Assembly: GCA_905178155.1 (NCBI GenBank)
Contig: CAJINV010000009.1
Span: 620,001 to 684,000 of the forward strand
DNA length: 64,000 bases
Origin: Amoebophrya sp. A120
Taxonomy: Eukaryota > Protista > Dinoflagellata
Direction: 5' to 3'
Shown here: in pieces, positions 1-12,000 of the stretch
Position numbering within the stretch: position 1 is the first letter of the stretch
Layout of the letters: every line of letters starts with the position of its first letter
Position numbers and translations under genes: made by a program
The notes under the pieces: generated by a model
Databases searched by the model: none
Told to the model about the DNA's origin: nothing
What the model saw: only the letters and a program-made list of their open reading frames with translations

Positions 1-3000
1 TGATTTTCGGCATTCACACGTACCGGCCGGACGCGAAGGAGCTGCTGTTCACAAGAGACGAACGACACAGCCACTACCGTGAATTCCTCGGCTTCACCTC
101 GTTCAACGAGTTCTACTTCACGAACGACGACCGGGTGCGGAAGGGGGAGTCGTGGCAGTTTGCCGTGTTTCCGGAAAACGCGAGGGTCCGGACTGGGCAG
201 GAACAGATTCTCCCCAAGTTGAAGATCTACCACCACTATCCGAACGCCCTCAAGTTCGACTGGGCGTATTTGGACGACAAAACTTACTACGCCTTCGGCA
301 ACAGCTATGTAAAGACGAGTAAGAAGCCCGCGCCGCGAAAGGGCGTGGCCGGGTCGAACGCGAACTACTATGACACGCGGCTGAAATTCGGCGAAAACAT
401 CCTGAACGAGCAGCCGGAGGGAATTCCCGCGAACCTCGGCGCGCAGCCGTTGTCGGACCCGGTTTATGCCCAAGTTTCCACGGTGCAGGCGCTCAACACC
501 GGACTGGCAGAAACCGGCTACGTGCACCCGGGCTTCAACCAACAGACGTTCGAGCGTCAGTGCATCGCGATTCCGGAGAAGAAGAGCTGCGGCACCAATA
601 TCGAGTCGAAATACTCGGAGAAGATTGTGTTGGATCGCAACCCGGACGGGACGCCGTTGCGGGTCCGAGAGATTCTCACCAACGGCATTCCCAACCACGA
701 GTACGACAATGCCGTCGAGGAGACGAATCCGACGCTGGCCTGCGAGCAGCCGACAAAGTTCCGGCTGCCTCTCTACCCGAAGGTCGAGTACCACGGCATT
801 CACACGAAGGTGGGCGAGATCACGGGGATTCTGCGAACGGGAGGCTTTGTTCTGAACCACCGGCAGCAGCACAACCCGACCTCGACGTTGGAGAAGACAA
901 CGAAGGGCGTCGCGATGCACATCTCGGTCGAGGGCAAGCTCCTCGACACCTGCAACGCGCACAGCAACTACTACTGCCACTACGGCTACCACTCGTTCGT
1001 GAAGCGCGACGAGTGCGCGCCGGACTGCCAGTGGCGGCCGTGCAAGTTGATCGGGTTCATGCTGGACGGGTTCCCCATCTATTCGCAGTGCCAAAATCTG
1101 AAGTCCTGCTACCACCTGAAACTGGTGCAGGAAGACGGGGTGTACGGCGACTCGATCTCCGACTTCGTCTACGACCCGGTCGGCGAGAGGTACGGGAAGC
1201 CGTGCGACCTGGACGACGCGAACGGCATGGACTTCACGGGCAAGGGCATTCTCGACAATTTCGGGGTCGAAATCGCGGGCTACGCGTACGTGGCGACGGA
1301 CGAGTACCCTTTCGTGCCCCCGATGTTCCGCGGCGTTCCGGTGAAGTACGGGAGCGTGGATTACCACGACATGGACGACAGTCGCGACATTCCGTGCAAC
1401 TCGCCCGTGCTGTGCCCGAAGGACGTGACCGCGACGGACCACTTCAGCGACGAGGAGCTCGCGGTCGCGATGACGCACGGCTGGACCAACGTGACGGACT
1501 ACTACCCGCTGCGGTACGAGGACCACGATTCGTACCTGATGCCGTACGTGGTGCCCACAAGCTCGCACATTTCGTCTTCCGGGGTGTTGTCCACGACGAA
1601 AAATTTGCTCCCCTACCACGGCGAGTCGGTTCCGAGTCCGATCGACTACTACGTGCTGGGGCAGCAGCTGGATGACGCGTTCAACCAGCAGTACACGTGG
1701 CCCGTGCCGGCGCACAGCGCGGTCACTCTGGCGCTGCTGCCGGACGCGCCGCGGAACGTGCGAAGGGTGTACCCGCCGGACACGTTCGCCACGGAGTTCT
1801 GCACGTTCGAGAACCTGATGAACTACAAGGTCGAGCCCTACACCGTGCCGGTCAACGACAGCAGCTGGAACTACTTCAACACGATTGAGTCCTCGAACAG
1901 CGTATGGTGAGAAGGAGGGAATGGGGTGGTGTTTCTTTGCATATACTTTGTACGGTGTCAACACGTGCCGGATCAGCACGACGGCGCTCTCGGAGTCGAA
2001 CAAGTGTCAGACGCGTCTGACAGCCCAGAGCTGATGTCAGACGCGTCTGACAAGTGTCAGTCGCGTCTGACAAGTGAAAGTGTCAGACGCGTCTGACAGG
2101 TGCCAGACGCGTCTGACAACCCAGCGCTGATGTCAGACGCGTCTGACACCCCAGACCTGATGTCAGACGCGTTGCCCGGGCGCCTTGGGCTTACTCATTG
2201 CCCGGGCCTACGGACCCAGACCTGTCGCGGACTCTCAGCGTATTGTCCTTCTGCTACTGTGCACCTGCCGCCGGGCGCGGCTACTCCTGCAAATGGCAAA
2301 AGTCACCCACCCCACCCTCCTCCTGCCCCTTCTCCATATCCTCTCCGTGGCGGTCTGATTCCCATCGAGTGGGAGCCGCCGCTCTTCAGCGGCAGCCCGG
2401 AGCTGCAGGGCTACACCGTCCAGATCAATCTGGACGGCAGCCGCGGGAACGAGATCTACCAGTTCGCCAACACCAGCGGAATCAGCTACTTCATAGAGAA
2501 GGACCGCAAGGACAAGATGGTGGTGAAGAAGCTCCGCACCTGCATCCACTCCCTCGACGACAACTTCGATAACGTGCTGGGTGGCGGCCGGCTCTACGGC
2601 GTCCGGGTTGGCTCCTTCAACCAGCTGTTGGGGCAGGACCGGCGCGAGGTGTCCGGCTTCGAGAAGGCCTCGGAGTACAACCGGACCGAGCTTTTTGGCA
2701 CCGACTACAACTGGCGCAACACCTTCTACCCGAACGATTTCAACCACCCGGAGCTGATCAAATTCTCCGAGCCCAACTACTTCCTCTCCTGCTCCCCGTC
2801 CGCCAAGCCGCCACAGCCAATCGACGTGAAAATCGTCCGGCGGACGAAGTCCGCGGTCTTCCTGGCGTTCGACTTGCCGAACGCCGCGACGAACTTCACG
2901 GACGCGATTCGGCAGTACGGAATTCAGCAGGGCCTGATCGTGGAGAACGAAACCAGTTCTGCGACGTTGACCACCGCAAATTTGACAAACGACACAGGCC

Positions 3001-6000
3001 TAGAAACCATCCCGTACTCGTACTTCATGGAGAAGGCGCAGCAGAACCAGCACAACACGTATCTCCAGTCGCCAAGCAACGACCTGCACTACGACTTCCA
3101 GGTGCCGACGCTGCAGTACTTCGCGAACGTGTCAAAAAGGCACTTTCCGAAGCCGGTGCCGGAAATGATCGCGCTGAATCAGTCGAATTGCACCATCAAC
3201 GACACGATCTTCGCCGACTACGAGTTCATCGACGCGAATGGCACTCTGCAGTGCGTTTACAACAGTTCGCTGCTCGCAAATGTCACACTTCCGGCGGATT
3301 CTGTTGTGACCAATATGACCGAAGTAGAGCCAAGTAACGAAACCAACGCGACCTTCCCCGTCTCCCCCTTCCGGCCGATCTGTGATTACTACACCCGGTG
3401 CTTCTTCACGGTGTACGATGACAGCAATTTGGAGATGGATATTCCCATCGTGGAAAACCAGTTCAGCCAGATCATGTGGAACGGCGGCTCCCGGCTCGCG
3501 GTGTTGGAGAACTTGATCCCAGGCCAGAAGTACAACATCTCGCTGACTTTCTCCACGGACGCGGGCGAATCCGACAGGACCAACTACGAGTTCGCAGCCG
3601 GGTTCGTGCCCTTTATGCCGGAGGAGGTGCTGCGCATCGAGTGTTTGGACTGCACGCCGAGCCGGAACGTCAGCGCGGAGGGCGGGGATGTGTTGAGCTA
3701 CAACCTCACGTGGTCCGTGTTTGGGGAGTACGACCCGAGGTTCATGCACTTTTTTCCGATTCTGCAGTACGAGGTCTTGCTGATCGAGTACTACAATGTA
3801 TCCGTCGTCTCGGAATCCGGCACCACGGATCTCGAGTCCTACGACCACCTCGGCATCGACCCCGCGACCAACAACACGATTCCGATCGGCCATCCGGCAG
3901 TGGTGGCGGGCTGGCGGCAAGAGGGGCTGGACTACTTCTCCTCCGTCTTGGACGAGCCTGGCGTGACGCAGCAGGGATTGAACTACAGTGCGAGTTTCAC
4001 GAACAAAACTTACAACGTGACGAAGTTCACGGTGGATGGCAACGACCAATTTTTGGAATTGAAGCTGCTCGCCGATCGGCAGTACTCGGTGCGGATCCGG
4101 TCCGAGAACGTGGTCGGGTTCGGCCCGTGGAGCGCGTTGCGAGATTTCTACGCTGCGGTGATTCCGACTAAGGTGCAGAACGTGGAGGTGACGCACGACA
4201 GCGACAATTCGATCATTCTCCACTGGCAGCCGCCGAACTACAACGGCGGGCAGAGCTCGACGGTGGCCATCCTGTACTACCAGGTCTACGGCATTCTGGC
4301 CGATGGGACGACGAGCGACGGGCCGGTGGCGAGCCTGAGCGGGACGGACTTGCACTTGATCCAGCCGATTCTGAGCAAGGTGGAGAACAACCACCTCCGA
4401 CTGGACAATCTCGGCCCGGGCGCGTACCGGGAGTACGCAGTGACGGCCGTGAACAGTGGCTACCAGGAGTCGGAGTACACAAAATTCGGCACGTACATTG
4501 GGCTTCCGCCCAAGAAGATGGACGAGGTGGGCTTCAAAAATGTGACGAATTCCAGTTTGTTCGTGGACTGGACGACTCCTCTATCCGTGTTGCCGATTTT
4601 GGAATACGAGCTCAGCACGGATCCCCGGCCGTCGTACCGCTACGAGGTGAATACAACCACGGAGTTCAACGACACGACAAACGTCACCACAGTGACCCAC
4701 GAGAAGCAAACCGTGACCATCCCCGCCGGGAAGAATTCGACGGTCTTCTACACGGGATTGCAGCAGTTCTTTGAAATTACCGATCCGGCGTTCATGGTGC
4801 CCGGGAATTCCATCCGGTTGAAAGTCCGCGCGAGAAACGTCAACGGGTACAGCCCGTACTCCGAGGCGAAGCAGTTCCTCATCGGCGATTGGTACGTGAA
4901 TTCCATCCTCGCCGCGCCGACAGTTTCCATTTTCGGCACCACGGCCACGTCCATCACTGTGCAGTGGCAGGACGCGGAGGGAATCAGCACCGACGAGCTG
5001 GTCGAGTACGAGTTGACCTGTGTCAGCAAGCGAGACAACCGGCTGAATGAGCGGATCCGGATCCGACGCTATGGCCTCGGGATGCAGAAGTTTGAGTTCA
5101 CGAACTTGATCAAGGGGCACTTGTACGAACTTTCCGTCGCCAGCTGTGATGTCAACAGTTTGTGCGGCACGCCGGCGCGAATTGAAAGGTACTCTGCCCT
5201 CGTTCCGATGCCGCCCCTGCAGCCGTACAGAGTGTTTGTGAACAACCCTGCCAGCGGGACGCGGGACCTCTGTCCGACGAGCCAAGAGTCCCCGGAAATT
5301 TTCTGGACCATGGAGCACGCCGACAAGTACTGCAACAAAGCAGTGTACACAAACGTCAGCAACACGGAGCTGAAAGCCACTAGCACAATCACGCTGACGA
5401 ACAGCAGTACGAACGAGACCTACGACCAGTTCGTATATGAAAACGTCACGACGGTGACAGAAGTGCTGCTGCAGGACCGGGAGATGCTGCAGACGACGGT
5501 GGTTATCGGGTGGGATTTGAACGACAACCGGGAGCGGGACGGCGGGTTGCCCATCGAGAAGTACAACGTGTACGTTTCCGACAAGTCCGACGCGGAGCAG
5601 GGCGTGGACTTCCAGCTGCTCGGCTCCGTCGAGCAGCCGTTTTTGAAGGGCAGCACAAGCTACAGTGGCGGGCTGTTTGTCTTCCAGGGCTGCACGGACG
5701 AGGACATTTCTGATGCGTTCGAGGCGGCAAACGCGGAGAACAGCTACAGCGACACGAAATTTGACGCAAACTTACTCACCCCAGCCGCCGCAAGAAACAG
5801 GACCGTCACGAACAGTTCGCAGTTCAGTCCAACAGGGTCTCTCGGCAGGTTTTACAAGATCTCGGCAGTGAACCTTGTTGGTGAGTCGCCGCTCTCCCAG
5901 GAAGAGCTAATCTACTGTGGCCCGATCCACCCGCAGCCCGATCCGATCGCGCGGAGTGAGGTCGAGGTGGTGCAGCCGAGATCAGATCTGAAAGTCAAGC

Positions 6001-9000
6001 TCCCCTGGACCTACAACGACACGAGGGACAAGTTCCAGCCCCTTCCCGGCCAGAAGGCGTACGAGACCAAGTTTGACAGCAATTTTGCGGTACCGGGGGC
6101 CGACTTGTTCGATCAGGGCGGGACGAGTGTTAACAAAGCACTACCGCCGATCACAAAGATCCACATGGTTTTGTACATTGAGGAGACGACCGAGTCGCTG
6201 GGTGACAGGGACAAGCTATGGGTGAACGCGAACCAGCAAGACCACTACAAGCACGAGGAGCAGTACCACCGCCGGATCATCGACAAGTACAGCTTCAAGT
6301 CGCAGGAGCATTTGCCCTTCGTCATGTCGACCTTCACGCAGCCGTATTTGACGGAGCTCACCTCTTTCAAGAACGCCGCGTCGCACTTCAACTACAAAAA
6401 GCCGTACAAAAACTTTGCCGGCTTTTACAACCACTACGCGGAGAATCCCTACCAGAAGATGGTGAACACTTTCTCCCTCTGGAACCAAAAAGCGCGCGAG
6501 TTGATGCTGACCGGCGGGAATTTCGCGTACCAGGAGTTCGACAACGTGACGATCAGTGATACGACGTTGTCGCACTTCACGTTTGAAAATTTGAAAGAGG
6601 GCTACTACTACTGGATCAAGTACCGAGTAGGGTCGAACCTCGGCTGGTCGCCCTTCTCCGTCCCGAACCGGTTTTACGCGTCGAAATTGCCCACGAAGCC
6701 GATGCAGCCGTTCGGAATCAACGCGTCGCTGACCAGCCTCGAAATCGGCTGGGCCTTTGACGATGACGGAAGTAAAAACCTGCAGAACGAAGACATTTTC
6801 TACTTCAACGTCTACATCCACGAGAATCCGGTCTTTCCCCACCGGGAGTTCCCCGTGCGCGACCACTACGACGGGGAGAACAAGAACCCGTGGGAGCCGT
6901 TCACCCGGTCGCCGGGGAACCGGTACCTCCACGACTGCGTCGCGAACAACCACAGCCAGGCGCAACTCTACTTCTGGGTGGCGGGCGTGAATGCCGCGGG
7001 TGAGGGCCCGCACTCCGACGTTTTGCGGTGGAGCTGCAGCAACATCCCGGACCAGCCGAAGCCCCCGACGATGTACTACTACCTCGGTGCGAGCGGGTTC
7101 GAGTGGGATTTGTTGCACCCGAACAAGACGGATTTCATCACCATGAACTGGACCCACAGCAACACGTACGGGGCGAAGATCGTCGGCACGAAGCTGTACT
7201 GCTTCGGGAATCAGGGCATGTCGCTGAAGGTGTTCTACACGCGGCAATACGAGACCGTGGAGGCTGGTTTTGGCGACGGGAAGCTGGAGCGGGCGTTTTT
7301 CATCGAGGGTTCGGACGTCACCATGGTGAACATCACGTCCTTCACGCCGACGCAGCAGTACGAGTGCTCTGTCACGACCATCTCCGACGTGGGGGAGTCG
7401 ATAAAGTCCTTCCCGCCGACGCGGTTGGAGATGGCGGGGAAGCCGCTGGCGCCCCCCTACCCTCCCAAGTACGTGTCCTCGCGATTGATCCCGACCGCGC
7501 GCTTGACCATCGAGTACGACCCGAGCTTATCCACAGAAAAAAAACCATCCCCATCCATTTTTTGCATGAGAAGCACAGGATTTTTTACGTGTTTTGCATG
7601 ACAAATTGGATGTGGACGATGGGTGTTTTTTCCTGGATAGAGCTCCATCGACGCGAACGGGGGGAAAATCGAGGCGGTGTACGTGTACGTGTCAATAGAC
7701 GGGGTCGTGTGGGATACGACGTATCTGCTCCAGCCGTACATCTACAAACTCGACCAGGTGTCCGCGCCCTACCAGCACGTGCAGGAGTGCAACGACGCGA
7801 GGCTACAGGGCGACCGTGCGCGGCAGTTCCTGTGGTTCAAGTACGCGGGGTACAGCTCCTCGGGGTTGGGCGGGTTGTCGCCGGCCTTAAAGAAGCGCTG
7901 CTCCAGCTTGCCCGCGTTCCCGCAGCCGATTCTCGCGGTGGACAGAAGGTACAACCCGGAATCCGAGCGCGGCGAAATGCTGATGAGCTGGAACATGCCG
8001 GACTTGTACGGCGCGCAGCACGTCGCCACCAAGATCTGGTGGGACTATGGTGCGGGACTGCCGTCCGGGTACCGGTTTCTGGCGACCATCACGGATACGA
8101 AGCAGACGACCTTCTGGATCCGGAATCTGATCCGCGGGCAGTACTACCGCGTCAGGTACTCGATCCTCTCCGACGTCGGCGAGTCAGCCCGGTCCGACGG
8201 GTTCGGCCGGCTGTTCGCCGGGCCCATGTTGCCGCCAGGGAAGCCGACGAGGAAGAACTCGCTCTTCAACGGCGTGCAGGTGGAGTTCAAGTACACACCC
8301 GACGAATTCTACAACGTGGGCGAGTGTCAGCCGGGAAATTGGGTCGTCTACACGTCGCAGACGGGCATCGACTGGAACTTCGACTCGCCGTTGGCGACGG
8401 TCGGGTGGTCAAACGCCGGTGCGAGCATGAACGTGATTCAAACTCCGGGGACTTACGTCTGGGTGCAGGCAAAGCTGCAGCCCGGGTTTCTGTGCCCGGA
8501 TGGGATCGAGGAGGTGTTCACGCCAGTGGAGAAGTTCTTCATTGGGCGCATCCCGGCGACGGTCGGCGCGATTAGGAAGGTCTCCTCCAAGGAAACGTCG
8601 ATTTTGTTCCAATTGATCCCCGGAAATCTGTTCGATTGCCCGTTGGTCGGTTTCGAATTCAGGTGGCAGAAGGCGTACTTGAAACCGGGCGACTTCGGCC
8701 TGACTATCGAGCACTACGTGCACGTGCCGGCGGCGAACTCGCAGTACAACCTGACGAATCTGGAGTACGACGTGCCTTACCGAGTGCAGTACCGCGTGAT
8801 CTCCGAGTGCGGCACTTCCAACCGCCAGGACGACTTGTCCGCCGCGAGCCTGTTCTACACTGGCGGGGACATCGACCCGCCCGACGACGCATACCCGGAC
8901 CGCGACCGATCCACCGACGCGCAAATCACGCTCGTCTGGCCCAAGTGGGGGTTGTCCGAGGGACACAACATGTACCGGGGGACCATTCACCAGCCCAGCT

Positions 9001-12000
9001 ATTATGTCTACTTGTCCGCGGACCCGAACCACTTTCCGGATCTGCCGACGACCATTATTCCGCTGAAATCCCCGGAAGCTGGGGACTTCTCCACCACGGC
9101 GGACCCAGAGTACTCGACCAACTGTCAGTTGCCGGATCACGGTCAACTGGCTGCGGGGAATTCTGGCGCGGCGAATCTCGACTTCCGGAACGGCGGGGCG
9201 GTGTATCTGAAGATGCAGGTGTACGACGCAGTGACGAGCCGGGTGGGCGTCATGACCAGAGTGCAGAAGTTTGTCTGCACTTTCTTGCCCAACAGACCGA
9301 CGATGAGTGTCCTCGAAACGTCGAACAGCACGATCACGGTGGGGTGGACCGGGGTGGATGTGTTCAACGCAGATTTTGTCGCGTCCCAGCTCTGGATCGA
9401 CGACGGGCTTGGCGGCACGCTGTACAACACGCTGAACATCACGGACCCGAACCAGCACTACGCACAATTCGTGAATTTGACCAACGCCAGACTGTACACG
9501 ATCCGGATGAAGACGCTGTCCACCGCGGGCGCCTCGCTGTACGCATCGACCCAGGGCTACAGCTGCTCGCTTCCGGCCCGGCAGCCCGCGCCCTACCCGG
9601 TGCCCTCCTCGGTCGCGAATTCCTTGTCCGTCGGCTGGACCATCCCCGGCTACGACGGCGACTGCCCGCTGGTCGGATGGCGCGTCATCGAGCGCGCGAA
9701 CGTGTCGACGACAAACGCGCAGGGCGACTCCGTGTACGAAATCCAAGACGTGAACATCTGGCCCGCCAGTCTCCCCATCACCGACCCCTTTGCCGCCGGC
9801 ATGGACGCGCAGTCGCGGCAGTACGGGCCGCTGACCACCGGCTTCACGAATGGCGAAGTTCGCGAGTTCAAGATCCGCGTGTTCAACTTTGGCGGCTTCG
9901 TCGACTCACCGTACATCTTCATCGAGATCGGCCCCACGCCGGAGCAAATGGATCCGCCGGCGATCGACACGCCGACGCTGTCCGGCCCGACAAGCATCTT
10001 CCTGCAGTGGAACATCACGGAAGACACCATGCGTGGCGTGCCGGCGAAGGGCTTCGCGGTGTACCGGGACAACGGGCATCTGAACAGTACAAAGATCGAC
10101 TACGTCAATCTGCAGGCGGTGGACTTGAACGGAACCCTGTCCGACGGAACGGTGCCGGATCCGGCGTGCACGGCGCAGGCCTACGACGGCGTGTGCTACC
10201 CAGAGCTCCCCGATTGGGATAGCAGAAGCTGTGTGCACAAGCCGGTCTACGACGTTGCGCATGCAAGGAATTGCACGATCACCGGACTCGAGCCGAACAC
10301 TTACTACAGGTACTGAAGGTTTTTTCGTATCTATGTTGGCATCCCCGTCCTCTGCTTTATTTTCTTTTTCCATGCATGATTCGCAATTTGTTGCACCAGC
10401 TTCGCTGCTTGCTGTCGACAATCTCTTCAAACATGTGCGATAAGATCTACGCAAGTTTTTCCGCATTCCATACATAATCTCTGCGATGGATGAAACTGCC
10501 AGCAAATGCAATACAGGTTCCGCGTCGCCGCCATCAATCGCCTTGGCCGCGGACCAGTGTCCGACGACGTGATTCTGAAGACCGGCTCGGTAGGTAATGT
10601 GTTCAATACGGTGCCCTTCTTTTCCGGTGCGACTAGTGGCGTACAGACGATGTTTGCCCCGGGTGCGCCGCAAAGCCCCTTGGTCAACGACACGTCTGCC
10701 AGTATCACGTTCTCCTGGAATCAGCCCCCGCAGGAGGACGGCGATTTCATCTTCAATTACAAGGTAAAGATGTTGCTGAATTGAAATTGTTATATGCCGA
10801 TGCTGGCACTGCTTTGGTACAATTTGATTTTGTATCAGTTACTTTGAGTTCCGCATTTATTTTTCCAAGCATACAGGATGACTACAGTCCTGAATACTCA
10901 CTCAGTGAAATAACGATTTGCTTTTGCGAGCTTTTTCATCATCTTGAATTTACGAAACTTCCAAGGCTCTGCTCACTTACATTCCGGACACGACGCGGCC
11001 GCTTCCCGACGACCCGCAGACGACAACCTTCGTCTACGCGGCAAACGGCTCGCTGCAATACCCGCTGCCACTCTCCACGAGGTCGCTGACCGTTCGCGCA
11101 AACGACTCCGCTGAAGCGAGCGCGTTCCTGAAACCTCGGAGAAGTTACCAGTTTCAGCTGATCGCGGTGTCCGAGCTCGGTGATTCAGAGCCGACGGTGG
11201 CGTCCGACCCGGGCTACATTATCAAATGCAAAAATGTCTGGGTCTGCGAGATTTGTCACGCTGATCTGGCATGGCCCTCAAATCTGTATTGCGTGGCCAC
11301 AAACAGCCTCTCTCGCCTGTCATGCAAAAATGCAGTTTCTCATGCGGAATACGCAGCACAGAGCACGAAGCAACTTGTCATGCTTGGCGGCGCATTACAG
11401 TGCATTTGTATATTGACTGACTTGCATCACAAGTTTCCAGACCCAGACATTTTTGCATTTGATATACATCGTGGGGGCACCACTCCCCGCAAGCGGCTTC
11501 CGACAGGACACGTCAAAAGGGTATCAGGGCGCTGTGGTGCACGTGATGTGGAATCCGATTATCGACATGAGCTACGCGGGCGCCGCGCCGTTCGCCACGT
11601 ACACAGAGAGCGCGCCGCCCGGCTGGACGCCGCCGACTTTGCGTAGCTTGCAAATGGAACAAGCTACGTCGAAGGAACTGATCTTGGACGGCGCGGTGAT
11701 GCACTACACTGAGGAGGCGTTCGCGCACTTGCCGCTAGCTGGCGATGACGATCCGCTGGGGAGAAAGCGGCAACTGCTGGAAGAGGACGTGAGAAGGCAG
11801 GTTTCTGCTGACGGCAAGAAGAGCTCGCATCTAGAAGGGACCATGTTGCGTACCAGTGACGAGGATACAGACGACGTCTTGGTTGGAGAAAGAAGTCTAG
11901 ACACACCTACAACCGGCGCCCCATCGACCGCACAGAAAATCCGCCGAGATTTGCTTTCCGATGAGGACGACGAGGGTCAACAAGACCCCGCTCGAATTCC

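Noticed and set aside
2005-2172. CRISPR array
   Set aside because: Repeat only 18 bp, spacers 2-12 nt and similar to each other, no cas genes, located in a eukaryotic intron.
2100-2338. N-terminus MPDASDNPALMSDASD.. of ORF 2100..7601
   Set aside because: It is a translation of the intronic palindrome array; the real frame continues from the upstream exon.
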